DNA of 62,625 nucleotides, the filler included, from Asterionella formosa (lineage: Eukaryota), in assembly GCA_002256025.1 (NCBI GenBank). It is 27 parts of 27 records of this genome, joined end to end, with 100 filler letters (N's around TTAATTAATTAA, not from the genome) between each part and the next. Parts side by side here need not be neighbours in the genome. Positions count along the whole stretch, not along the records: positions 23,270 to 25,494 come from NKIB01000190.1; positions 25,595 to 27,819 come from NKIB01000191.1; positions 27,920 to 30,142 come from NKIB01000192.1; positions 30,243 to 32,465 come from NKIB01000193.1; positions 32,566 to 34,787 come from NKIB01000194.1; positions 34,888 to 37,109 come from NKIB01000195.1; 21 more parts are not named here. One strand, written 5' to 3'. The translations under genes and the position numbers were made by a program. The stretch's first letter is position 1. The number at the start of each line of letters is the position of its first letter. The notes below the pieces were generated by a model, which worked only from the letters and a program-made list of their open reading frames with translations, searched no databases and was not told the DNA's origin. Shown here piece by piece: positions 23,781-35,122 of the stretch.

Positions 23781-24839
23781 CTAGTCCCGCTTGCGTTTCT
23801 CCTCAACCCAATCCTTGAAATCAAACAAAGGCGTCATAACCTTCCCAATGATCAAGGATGCGGTTGTCTCGCTCCCCTTGGGATGTGGCACAAATGCAAC
23901 TCCCTTGATGAACAACCAAAATGCTTCATAATGGATCCACACCTGAATTAAGAGACAATATACAGGGAAGCGTATTAACTGCCATGCCAGCATAAATGGG
24001 TCCATTCCCTTTGGTTGGAGCTTCACATGGGCATTAAAGTATTTCTTGTCTCCCTTGATCATGCTGGTGGATATGCAAATGGTTTGACGAGGTGTGTCAA
24101 AGTCCCAAAAGATCCAGTCGTACGTGTGTTCCATATCCATAAATGGCGACACGTGAAATGACTTTTGAAAGATATAATTGATTTTTCTGTCTTGTCTTTG
24201 GTGTTTGGTAACATCTACAGAGTTTGGATGTAAGACATAACATTGCATTTCATTCCATGGCGTATTGCTCACTTCCGCCACAATCGCGTCGATCTTCTCC
24301 TCATCATCATCACGACGTAAAATGTAATAAAATGAAACTGGATTAAAGCAATATCCATAATAGCACAAGTGTGTGACCAACAAAACTCGATGTGTCATCA
24401 AGGAATACCTGGTAGGGCTTTTGCTTTCCTTGGTAGTTCGTTCCTGAACCAATTGCAACGTTCGCTCTGCCAGTGATGTATGGACCTTGGTACCAGTACT
24501 TGCACCACCACCCTCCTTGTTTTTGTAATGATCTGATTCTCGTAGCGTCATAATTATACTTAGTGGCCACAACGCCATGGAAAGATCGTCATCTAAATCC
24601 ACACACACCATGAACAAGGGATAATCGAAGCAATGAGGGACAGGAAAATATCGAGTATGTGCCACTCGTCCAACGTACAATGAACTTTTCAAGTGCCTAC
24701 TGTTGGTTTTGTTGTTCCATTTGGCAATCGTAGCCAATGAAATCGTTCCCACAGCGATCAGCATGTACAATGCAACCACTGCGGACAGTGGAATACCCAC
24801 GCAATAGTATGTCAGCATCATAATACTGACCATGATCAT
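23781..24839 (-). CDS. DUF1365-family protein with a hydrophobic N-terminus
   Basis: Motifs LYVGRVAHTRYFP.H.F.Y, GYCFNPVSFYY, VAEVSNTPWNE, KSFHVSPFM, IHYEAFWL..KG. Confidence 0.88.
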   Translation of the reverse strand: MIMVSIMMLTYYCVGIPLSAVVALYMLIAVGTISLATIAKWNNKTNSRHLKSSLYVGRVAHTRYFPVPHCFDYPLFMVCVDLDDDLSMALWPLSIIMTLRESDHYKNKEGGGASTGTKVHTSLAERTLQLVQERTTKESKSPTRYSLMTHRVLLVTHLCYYGYCFNPVSFYYILRRDDDEEKIDAIVAEVSNTPWNEMQCYVLHPNSVDVTKHQRQDRKINYIFQKSFHVSPFMDMEHTYDWIFWDFDTPRQTICISTSMIKGDKKYFNAHVKLQPKGMDPFMLAWQLIRFPVYCLLIQVWIHYEAFWLFIKGVAFVPHPKGSETTASLIIGKVMTPLFDFKDWVEEKRKRD

Positions 24840-25347
24840 TATCTATATACAGTGGTGGCTGTACACTGTGATTCTCCTCCGTTGCCTTTACTATTGTTTC
24901 TGCGTAATTGTTCCAACACACCATGCCGTTGTCATTGAAGACTTTGGTCGGAAGTCAAAATCACATCAAAGCAATGGTGATTCACTCCAATCGTTCGCGT
25001 TGGGAGTACCAGGTACCGCCCTGGAAGTTCCGGTTATCGAAAGTTTTAGCTTAATCTTTTCATAAGTTGAAACGTGTTTTACCTGACCTTCCTCTGGCAG
25101 GGTACCAGGTACCAGTACTCCATAAAATCACAAGACGAAGCAGATGCGCGTATACGAAAAACGCACGACATGGTGAATACGGTACCAGGGTACTGGTACC
25201 AGGTACCAGGACCAGCTACTGGCAGTCAAGGTCAACTCTACAATATGCTTTTCAACGTATATACCCATATTCATATGATTTGCACAAGTAATTATATACA
25301 GTTTGTATATGCCTATATATGTTCATTGTTCGCCTGTTGCATTTGAC

Positions 25348-25494
25348 AGCCCTTGTTACATCATGGTGATACACTGCTGTGATACAAATTAGAAATACAA
25401 TTTCATGTTTGGGATGGATGGAATTCAGTTCAAATCGAGTTACCATTGCTGATACATTTTCAAAAAATTTCAAATGAAGTGATACACAATGAAA
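25348..25494. mobile_element. Non-autonomous (MITE-like) relative of the Harbinger subterminal region at 26745-26870
   Basis: Shares aattcagttcaaatcgagttacc.ttgctgatacattttcaaaaaa and repeated GTGATACA motifs with 26745-26870. Confidence 0.6.
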
Positions 25495-25594
25495 NNNNNN
25501 NNNNNNNNNNNNNNNNNNNNNNNNNNNNNNNNNNNNNNTTAATTAATTAANNNNNNNNNNNNNNNNNNNNNNNNNNNNNNNNNNNNNNNNNNNN

Positions 25595-26598
25595 TTTTTT
25601 TTCAGAACACACCATTTTGTCTGAAGAAGACCAAATGCCATTTCTATTCTTATCCTTAGCTGTGAAAGGAAAAAGTTAAATGTATCCTGTGTTGGATCAT
25701 CACGTTGTGAGCCAACAAAGGGAACAAGCATTACATCAGACAATGTGTAAGCTGCATCGCCGACCAGATAAAAACCTGTGTTGAATGCTGCAACTTGATC
25801 GAAAATGGAAGTTTTTTCAAAAGCTACTTGGTCACTGCATTTTCCCGGTGCAATTACACCAAAATAAATAAATCTTGAGTCAGCATCACAAACAGCCTGG
25901 ACATTGATTCCATAAGTCATGTAGTGACCGGAAAAAAATGAACCAGGGTTGTTGCCACTTTCAACTATAGTCGGGCGGTTGATGGTGGCAAGGAAGCCGT
26001 CAATAGCACCAACACATCCTCTCATCACGCCCTCTGAGCTTTTGCATTCAAAGCTGGAAGCCAATTTGATAAATTCTTCTTTTTCTTTTGGAAAAATAAT
26101 TTCGAGTTCTTCACAGTTTAGTACAGCATCAATGAACAAATCACGACATCGATAAAGTGAAGCAATGCTACAACCGTAGGCATGACGAATGTCGATGTAA
26201 CTGCCACCAGCCAGCCATCGCAAACCAATGGCTACCACAATTTCGGGAATTATGGGCTCAGAAGTGCCACATTTGGAATAATTCCCTGCAATCTGAATTT
26301 CCAGCATGGAGGTGAGTTTTTTGAATGCTCTGTGTGACATTCTGTATGTCTTCTCGAAAGCAATCTCGTGATTGAGTTTCTCGACATGTGATTGCCAGGA
26401 GATTCTTTCGTGGTGCCACTTGTGCCTTCGTTGTCGTCGTCGTTCAGATGACTGAAGCTGCCGTTTACAGCGTCGCCTTTGTCGTTTGGATGAGTGTTCT
26501 TTTTCCTCTGCTTCCTTAGTTAAATGACAGAGGAAGAAGAAATCAAGATCACTACTGTCATCGTCATTATCATCAAGTAAATCAAATGGCGACGACAT
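25595..26598 (-). mobile_element. PIF/Harbinger transposase (DDE_Tnp_4), 3'-truncated by the contig end
   Basis: Motifs YRMS...F..L, GLRWLAGGSY.D, GCVGAIDG, GINVQAVCD, YLVGDAAY, FNFFLSQLRIRIEMAFGLL. Confidence 0.93.
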
Positions 26599-26744
26599 GA
26601 TTCATGCAAATGTGTGTTTTTAATATTATATTTAGTTTCCCGGTAATTATATTTTGTTGTTGCTTGATATCAAGACCATCATTATATTCCGGAGGGATAT
26701 ACACATGATCTTCGCCAGCCAGTTGCCGTTGAAGATTCATTTTA

Positions 26745-26895
26745 CTCCATGATACAATGTGATCACAAATTAGTGATACAGTGACACTTTTGGAATGAAT
26801 GAAATTCAGTTCAAATCGAGTTACCGTTGCTGATACATTTTCAAAAAAATTCAAATTCCGTGATACACGAAAAAAAATGATAAGAACGACCCTTA
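26745..26895 (-). mobile_element. Putative 5' terminus of the Harbinger element (TAA | GGGTCGTTCTTATCA...)
   Basis: G-rich end next to TAA (26893-26895), the typical PIF/Harbinger target triplet, about 300 bp upstream of the transposase ATG. Subterminal GTGATACA repeats are present. Confidence 0.55.
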
Positions 26896-27171
26896 TGACG
26901 CAATTTTTTCATGCTGTGGAGGCAGAATGAAGCCACATTTTGAGTTCCAAACGAGCGTGAAAAAACCAATCATTTTCACCGGTCAGTCCCAAACGAGCGA
27001 TTGCTGATGTGTATAATAGCCGTTGGCTATATTTATTGTATCCTTTGTAATATCAATTAAAAATTATGTGATAACAATGACAAAGTGACAACTAATGCCC
27101 TAAAACTGATTTACAACTCATCATTGTGAAGGCTCGGTTCCATCGTAATAAGGCCATTACACGTAATAGTC

Positions 27172-27819
27172 ATGGACGGACCGAGAGTTAAGAAGGAGAG
27201 AGCGACGGAAGCTTCATTCAAGAGGCTTTTCAAAATCTCTCTTCCAATCACATTCCTTTGTATATTGGGAACACGGCCCTTGCATAAGCTACATTCCCTC
27301 ACAGTACATAGGTTCGCCAACGAAGGCTTCACCACTCATGAGGAAATCAGTGGTTACCCTCAGAATCTAAAGGGCGTGATGGACACAAAGGACGACATTT
27401 TGGAGTATCCCTGGAATCGGACTTTAAAGGGGTGGGAACCACCAAGCTGGATTACTAACTATATTGAATGGCACAGGGAAGTGCGATCGACTCATCCTGC
27501 ATTCAACGGTGACAATGAAGCACCATTTCCCCCTCTGTATGTTGTATATTGCCAAGTCGACCGAGGATCATTTGCAGAGACAAGAACATCAGATTGTGGA
27601 GGCCTTCATGATCGGCTGGGCTCACTTCCCTTCGACTTGTATATCGCGAACCAAACAATACGGCTTCTTCTCTACGTATGGGAAACCCCCATGTCTCTTG
27701 AGACGTTTCTTGTGCCGAATGTTTTGAATTGGACCCTTGATAGGAATCGCCCAGATCTTCGACTGCTACTAGAGACTGCGCCGAATTTGTTCACAAGGAA
27801 TACACAAGCATATGCAACA
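27172..27819 (+). CDS. Type II membrane protein, putative glycosyltransferase (fucosyltransferase-like), truncated
   Basis: Short basic N-tail, one transmembrane segment and a stem, then CGGLHDRL...R.LL..W..P..LE.FLVP, resembling the GG-L-x-D/N-R/Q start of GT-B fucosyltransferase-like domains. Confidence 0.5.
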
Positions 27820-27919
27820 NNNNNNNNNNNNNNNNNNNNNNNNNNNNNNNNNNNNNNNNNNNNTTAATTAATTAANNNNNNNNNNNNNNNNNNNNNNNNN
27901 NNNNNNNNNNNNNNNNNNN

Positions 27920-29713
27920 AAGTCTCACTGTTCTATCTTTGTATAACAATTCTTTCACTGGCACACTTCCAACAGAGATTGGACTCTTGACAAGTCTCAC
28001 TTATCTATCTTTGTAATACAATACTTTCACTGGAACACTTCCAACAGAGATTGGACTCTTGACAAGTCTTACTTTTCTATCTTTGTTCAACAATACTTTC
28101 AATGGCACACTTCCCACAGAGATTGGACTCTTGACAAATCTCACTGATCTAGATTTGTCTTTCAATACTTTCACTGGAACACTTCCAACAGAGATTGGAA
28201 ACTTGACAAGTCTCACTGATCTAGATTTGTCTTTCAATACTTTCACTGGCACACTTCCTGCAGAGATTGGAAACTTGACAAGTCTCACTGATCTTGATTT
28301 GTCTTACAATACTTGTCAAGCTTAACATTCTTATCATTGGGTCCTAATCGGTTGTATGGTAAACTACCCACTGAATTTGGTCTGATGACAAATCTCTCTT
28401 CCCTTATTTTGTCCAACAATAAATTCAGTGGAACACTTCCCACAGAGATTGGACTCTTGACAAGTCTCACTGATCTATATTTGTCTTTCAATACTTTCAC
28501 TGGCACACTTCCTTCAGAGATTGGAAACTTGACAAGTCTCACTGATCTAGTTATGTCTTTCAATATTTTCAATGGCACACTTCCTGCAGCGATTGGACTC
28601 TTGACAAGTCTTACTTTTCTATCTTTGTTCAACAATACTTTCAATGGCACACTTCCCACAGAGATTGGACTCTTGACAAGTCTCAATTATCTATATGCAT
28701 TCAATGGATCAGTCTCTCAAGATTTTTAAGTACTGAAGACATAATAGAATAGTGGTCCATATGTGTTATCCACAGAATGCTGCTAGGGTTAGATAAAATA
28801 TGTAGGCAATATTGGACTCTTGACAATTTGAACTGATCTTTATTTGTTGAACAATACTTTCACTGGCATACTTCCCACAGAGATTGGACTCTTGACAAGT
28901 CTCACTGATCTAGATTTGTCTTTCAATACTTTCACTGGCACACTTCCAACAGAGATTGGACTCTTGACAAGTCTCACTGATCTAGTTTTGTATAACAATT
29001 TTTTCACTGGAACAATTCTTTCACTGGCATACTTCCTGCAGAGATTGGAAACTTGACAAGTCTCAATTATCTATATTTGTATTCCAATACTTTCAATGGC
29101 ACACTTCCCACAGAGATTGGACTCTTGACAAGTCTCACTGATCTAGTTTTGTATGACAATACTTTTAATGGCACACTTCCCACAGAGATTGGACTCTTGA
29201 CAAGCCTAACATTATTGTATCTATTTGATAATCAGTTGACTGGTTCTTTTTCGACAGAAATTGGCAAATTGACAAGCCTCATAGAATTTGGAGCTTCCAG
29301 TAACTATTTCAATGGAACACTTCCTACAGAGATTGGATTCATGACAAGACTAATGTTATTGTATCTACAATTTAATCAGTTGTCTGGTGTACTTCCGGCA
29401 GAAATTGGCAATTTGACAATTCTCAATGATTTTGAGATTCATTCCAATATGTTTACTGGTTTAATTCCCACCGAAATTGGTCGCATGTCTTCCTTGAGTA
29501 AGTTTTGTTTATCTGAAACTTACATCTCTTGACCATTTGTTCTAATATTTCACTTTTTTGATAGCCATTTTATCTTTCGACAATAATAATTTTGCAGGGA
29601 CAGTTCCAACAGAAGCATGTAATATTGCTACAATAAAGGGCATTGATGTTTGCCCACCACTGATTTGCAACTGCAGCAGGTCATGTATCATTGACAAGAC
29701 TTGTTCTGCGTAG
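27920..29713 (+). pseudogene. Extracellular-type 24-aa LRR array with a Cys-rich C-terminal cap; disrupted by a stop, frameshifts and an insertion
   Basis: 72-bp repeats encoding LTSLTDLDLSFNTFTGTLPTEIGL. TAA at ~28015, frame breaks near 28312, 28700 and 29020. Intron 29498-29564 is followed by a last exon ...GTVPTEACNI...CPPLICNCSRSC...CSA*. Confidence 0.85.
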
Positions 29714-29800
29714 ATCTCACCATATCTATTATTCAACACACCTGTTCTAATAAGGTTAGTGTCTGTTAGTGTTAGGGCAAAGGGAAGACGCCTTTAGGCG

Positions 29801-30142
29801 TAATAGAATAGTGGTCCATATGTGTTATCCACAGAATGCAGCTAGGGTTAGATAAAATATGTAGGCAAGATTGGACTCTTGACAATTTGAACTGATCTTT
29901 ATTTGTTGAACAATACTTTCACTGGCATACTTCCCACAGAGATTGGACTCTCGACAAGTCTCACTGATCTAGATTTGTCTTTCAATACTTTCACTGGCAC
30001 ACTTCCAACAGAGATTGGACTCTTGACAAGTCTCACTGATCTAGTTTTGTATAACAATTTTTTCACTGGAACAATTCTTTCACTGGCATACTTCCTGCAG
30101 AGATTGGAAACTTGACAAGTCTCAATTATCTATATTTGTATT
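29801..30142 (+). repeat. Duplicate of 28742-29083 (non-coding leader plus LRR units)
   Basis: Near-identical ~340-bp segment, including the same truncated repeat and frameshift. Confidence 0.9.
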
Positions 30143-30524
30143 NNNNNNNNNNNNNNNNNNNNNNNNNNNNNNNNNNNNNNNNNNNNTTAATTAATTAANN
30201 NNNNNNNNNNNNNNNNNNNNNNNNNNNNNNNNNNNNNNNNNNACCTGTAACCTGGTACCAGGTGTACATACCAGGCAACTCAACACAAAGTACTAGGCGA
30301 AAGAATACAAAAGTGATCACGTTACTACAACATATAGCCGTGCAAATTAGTAAAGGAAAGTGGAAACACGATATAAACAACTGCATTGCAAATCACGACA
30401 AACCCAATCGTTGCCGGACACAGAGAAAAACTTTTACCAAATGTTTAATTCTACTAATGTGCACTATATAATTAATTTCATACCCTGTTGGTTTTACTGC
30501 TGTCTGGTACCAGGTACCAGCCAG

Positions 30525-31440
30525 GTAGTGAGCTTTGCAGATTCCGTTGCAGGTGGTAGCTATGAATATGAACAAGCCTCATATGAATCATGCAATGAAA
30601 TCTACCAAGCTCGATTGAGAAATGAATAGGCTATCTACAGGCTTTGTGACCTCACCTACGCCTAATTGTGCAGGCACATGACAGCAATCATCCGCCATAC
30701 GCACGCTAATATTGGATGACAATACCAACAAAAACCTTGAAGAGCACCAACCTAATGAGGAAGCACACTCAACGAGCCTAGCTTCTGACCCACTGGAACC
30801 CAAGAGCTACAAGCAGGCAATATTAAGCAACGAAAAAGACGAATGGACCAAGGCAATCAAAGCTGAGATTGAAAACTTCTACTCCTGCAAAGTGTGGAAA
30901 CTACATCCTCAGAAGAACCTAAATGAGCGATGAGACTTGGAGCAAAATGAGTATTTAAAAAAAAGAACGAGCACGACAACACTACGTGCTACAAGGGCCA
31001 TATTGTGGTAAAAGGCTATGTGCAGATACCAGGTGTTGACTTCACAGATTCATTTGCACCTGTTGTTACGGATACTGGCCTACATTTTGTGTTTGCAATC
31101 ACCCTACCGGTGCACAGGAAAGATTTGTATGTGAAATTGTGGACATCGAAGCGGACCTCGACGAAGAAATCCTACATAGAATGGCCAGATGGAATCGCCG
31201 ACTTCCACTCCAAAAATGAAACGACTATGACTGAGAACTGCATCCGACTGGATAAGGCAATGTACGGCACGGTACAAGCTGCACAGCAACGGTTCAAGAA
31301 ACTCCGAGACTGCCTACTTGATATGGGACTCAAGCAAAGCCGTGTCGACCTGTGTGTGTTTTACCAAAAACGAGAAGGCATGCATCCTTACCCAACAGCA
31401 CTGTTATGGACCAACGTCGATGACCTCGCAGAGCTGGCAC
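30525..31440 (+). mobile_element. Degraded Copia linker-RT fragment
   Basis: VSFADSVAGG (shared with the 16294-16793 family), LASDPLEPKSYKQA, VVKGYVQIPGVDFTDSFAPV, KAMYGTVQAA, TNVDD; contains stops and frameshifts. Confidence 0.88.
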
Positions 31441-32596
31441 GCGAGCCGACGTCATCAAGTTCAAGTTGGCACTGAAACAACACTAGCTACGCAAGCATCT
31501 AGGAGTACTTATAGAAACGGAAAGGGAAACGAACGTCTCTTTCTATAGTCTTCTTTGTAGAACGATGTAGATTTATCAAAATACTTTAACACCGGAATAC
31601 CCCTACTTTTGTCTAGGACTGTATCTACGGGTATGGAAAGGGTGTTCTGTATATTGGTGAAAGCTCCGTATAGCGATACACATTTATGTTTTACTTGAAA
31701 GAAGTGTGTGCTTGAGTACCGGTACTCTGACTCAATAATATATTTTTAACCCTACCTCTAAGCTTTGATTGAAATGCAGGAACATCAATCTTCCTGTCGC
31801 TCTTATTATATATGCCCAACGCGAAAAGTTCAGTGTTGCTGGTTTTAGTGTACCACTTAAAAACTGTAAGCCACCGCTATTTTACTCTATCTTTCGACTA
31901 AAAATATTTATGTAATTCAACGATCAAAACTTGACGCAAGTACAAAGCTTATGTTAGACAATGCTCTCTGCTATACTATTAAGGAATCAGTTTTGATTCA
32001 GTGTATCTAGCCATGAAGAAATAATTTTTCCAAAGTCACTAAGATTATTGCATAGCGGTGGCTTACAGTGCATATTTTTCTATCTGTACATGAATATATT
32101 TTACCCCCAAACCGTGTTTATTTTTACTCCGTTAATACTACAAAAATTATTTTCTTATTACTTTACGTTTTACACTTTTGCAGGGGCAGCATCATCGTTG
32201 GAGAATTCTTCTGATGCATTACATTAATCTCGAGCTTCTTTGCATCTAATTTCTTGCTTGCGGAGTCTCAAACTTCATCACGGAATGGTGGATCGGCAGT
32301 AGCAGTTGTAGAAGGAAAGGGAATAGCAACAGGAGGAGGTGCAGTAACAACAACCACAGCAATAGGAGGTGCATGGAGAGGGAATGGCGGCTGCTGGTCA
32401 CCACGGTGATTGGTATCGTCGAATCTTGTAATCAGAGCTTGCCTTGTTTGTGGAACCGGCAAATCNNNNNNNNNNNNNNNNNNNNNNNNNNNNNNNNNNN
32501 NNNNNNNNNTTAATTAATTAANNNNNNNNNNNNNNNNNNNNNNNNNNNNNNNNNNNNNNNNNNNNAATTTACTTAGGTCCATTATAAGGGAAATCT

Positions 32597-32679
32597 CTTC
32601 ATTGTCCTGGGCCCCCCTTAAGTAAAATCAGTCAAATTCAGTCACGGCAGTGTACATTGGGGGGTCCAGGACAATGAAG
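32597..32679. repeat. 21-bp inverted repeat with a 41-bp spacer
   Basis: CTTCATTGTCCTGGGCCCCCC (32597-32617) versus GGGGGGTCCAGGACAATGAAG (32659-32679), one mismatch. Confidence 0.85.
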
Positions 32680-32717
32680 TATACGGTATATAGGTAAAAC
32701 TTCTTCGAGTTTCACCG

Positions 32718-33671
32718 AACTTTTTAGTGAAGTCTCTCAACAAATGTCTTTAGTACTTTATGTAACTCCTTGCTTATTTTGGAAAAATCGGCCATTGAAA
32801 TACCCCTCAAGCACAATTTGCCATGACAAAACCACTAGCAATGCTAAATCAACCAATTGATTGACAATGGTGGTGCTTTTGGTAGTGTTGGTAACCTCAT
32901 AAACAGGGCAGGGTAAATGATAGAAGACTATACAAGGAATTAATGATTATCAAATATTATATGTTTTGGGGCACTTGGACGAGCGATCTGATGGATCAGT
33001 GGGCTATTCGCTAGTAAATAATTTGCATGCACAAAGGTTGCTTGTGTTGCTGAAAATGGACAATGTGGTGGTGCAGGACAGGTGCTCAAAGACAATAAAT
33101 AGAGAACATCATCAACTCTATCTTTGAATCAACAGTATCACAACTTGTTAGTGCCATAAAGAATTGTTTTGTCTATATGCGGAAACTTTTAGTGGAGTCT
33201 CTCAACAAATGTCTTTAGTACTTTATGTAACTCCTTGCTTATTTTGGAAAAATCGGCCATTGAAATACCCCTCAAGCACAATTTGCCATGACAAAAACAC
33301 TAGCAATGCTAAATCAACCAATTGATTGACAATGGTGGTGCTTTTGGTAGTGTTGGTAACCTCATAAACAGGGCAGGGTAAATGATAGCAGACTATACTA
33401 GGAATTAATGATTATCAAATATTATATCTTTTGGGGCACTTGGATGAGCGATCTGATGGATCAGTGGGCTATTCACTAGTAAATAATTTGCATGCACAAA
33501 GGTTGCATGTGTTGCTGAAATGGACAATGTGAAACAGGACAGGTGCTCAAAGACAGGTGCTCAAAGACGCACAATAAGCAAATAGAGAACATCATCAACT
33601 CTATCTTTGAATCAACAGTATCACAACTTGTTAGTCGTGACATAAAGAATTATTTTGTCTACATGCGGAAA
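32718..33671. repeat. ~466-bp tandem duplication
   Basis: aactttttagtg.agtctctcaacaaatgtc... starts at 32718 and 33184; the copies are highly similar with small indels. Confidence 0.92.
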
Positions 33672-34345
33672 TGTCAAAACAAGGCAAATGACTGAAAAAA
33701 GAAAATGATAACAATTCCCAGAGCAATAGAGGGGCAGCCCAACAAAGCCAAAGTGGTAAGCAAGTCTTGTCGCTCTTGCTTACTTTGCTTTATTCTCCAC
33801 ACTCAAAATCATTATATTTATTAGGATTTGAATATTCTGCTGTCCTGGTACCACCTGGTATTGGAGGGAGGGGTAGCACTCGCAGGCGCCTCTATTTAAT
33901 TATTTAGCTGAGATTATTTCGATTCTTTTCAATGTATGTATACCGTCGCAGGAAATGCGAACTCCAAAAAGTAGGTAGGACCTTGCCGTTGTACCAGGTA
34001 CCAACGTACCAATTTCAATAAGCACCACAGCAAGGACTGTGTAGATATACCGGTAGGTAAATACCTACGTTACCGGTGCACGGAATGCCCGAACAGGGGC
34101 CATCAGCAGACGACAAAAATCACAGCATGATGATTATCAACACATCTGTACCATCATGTTTGAAGCATGTAAAGATTTCTTGACATGCTTTGACAAAGAA
34201 ATTGAAATGTACAACAAGAACGCATCCATTTAATCATCATCGACAAGTCCCGATTAAAGCCGCTCATTGAATCAAATCTAATCAAGAACACACATTCGAT
34301 AAAATCATTGTCAATTGTGTCAAAAGAACATTGCAACGAACAAAA

Positions 34346-34787
34346 ATGGCATTCCTCACCATGATGTACTCCTTGTTGTTACTCTTGTCGCCTTGTGCCC
34401 ATGCGTTCATGCCCATCCGACAACAGCAACTGCATCAGCTACAGCAGAAGAACCAGCAGCACGGTTCGTTGACGAGATTGCCCATGACTACGAAAACCAA
34501 TCCCTCTGCTGACGATTTAGTGGGGAAGCTCATTCATCAAAAGGCCTTTCATCGTTTGAGAGATGATTCAGATGTATCCAATCCTCGTGCCATGTCCATG
34601 GAAGAAAGGATTGTGCTGAAACCGAACTTTTCAAGAAAGGTATTGGAACCCTTTGGATCGCGAGTCTTGATTTTTAGAAATGACCGCAACGAACAAGTGC
34701 TGCGCTTCAGGGTTCATGAAACGGAACAGTGCACATTGCAATCATCGACCATTGCTACGATTCTGTATTTGGCATGCGATGCTGCTA
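34346..34787 (+). CDS. Probable plastid-targeted protein of unknown function (truncated)
   Basis: Signal peptide ending ...CAHA|FMP (ASAF-type cleavage motif), followed by a basic, Q/T-rich transit-like stretch. Confidence 0.6.
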
Positions 34788-34887
34788 NNNNNNNNNNNNN
34801 NNNNNNNNNNNNNNNNNNNNNNNNNNNNNNNTTAATTAATTAANNNNNNNNNNNNNNNNNNNNNNNNNNNNNNNNNNNNNNNNNNNN

Positions 34888-35122
34888 GTACGTAGACGAA
34901 ATTTCGAAAAGTCAAATGAATTATTTGAAACATCAACTAATTCAGTCTCGCGTTCAAAATTCATTGTGAAAACTTCACATGAAACAGTTAAAACTTCACA
35001 TGAAACCGTTAAAAGTAATCTTTTTTACGTGAAGAGTGGCATTAATGCATGTGAAGTACCACATAATTAACACTCATACGTAGACGAAATTTCGAAAAGT
35101 GGCGTATTTCGCGGCTTAGATG
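34888..35122 (-). mobile_element. End of an unclassified DNA element with a ~188-bp subterminal tandem repeat, inserted in a Copia element
   Basis: tacgtagacgaaatttcgaaaagt recurs at 34889 and 35077. The same unit occurs inverted at 55773-56062. Copia homology stops at ~35120. Confidence 0.65.

Noticed and set aside
28001..28686. Repetitive minus-strand ORFs (VPVKVL...RLVKSPIS)
   Set aside because: These are antisense shadows of the LRR repeats.
29750..29850. Telomere-like TTAGGG fragments
   Set aside because: Only isolated, degenerate units; not an array.
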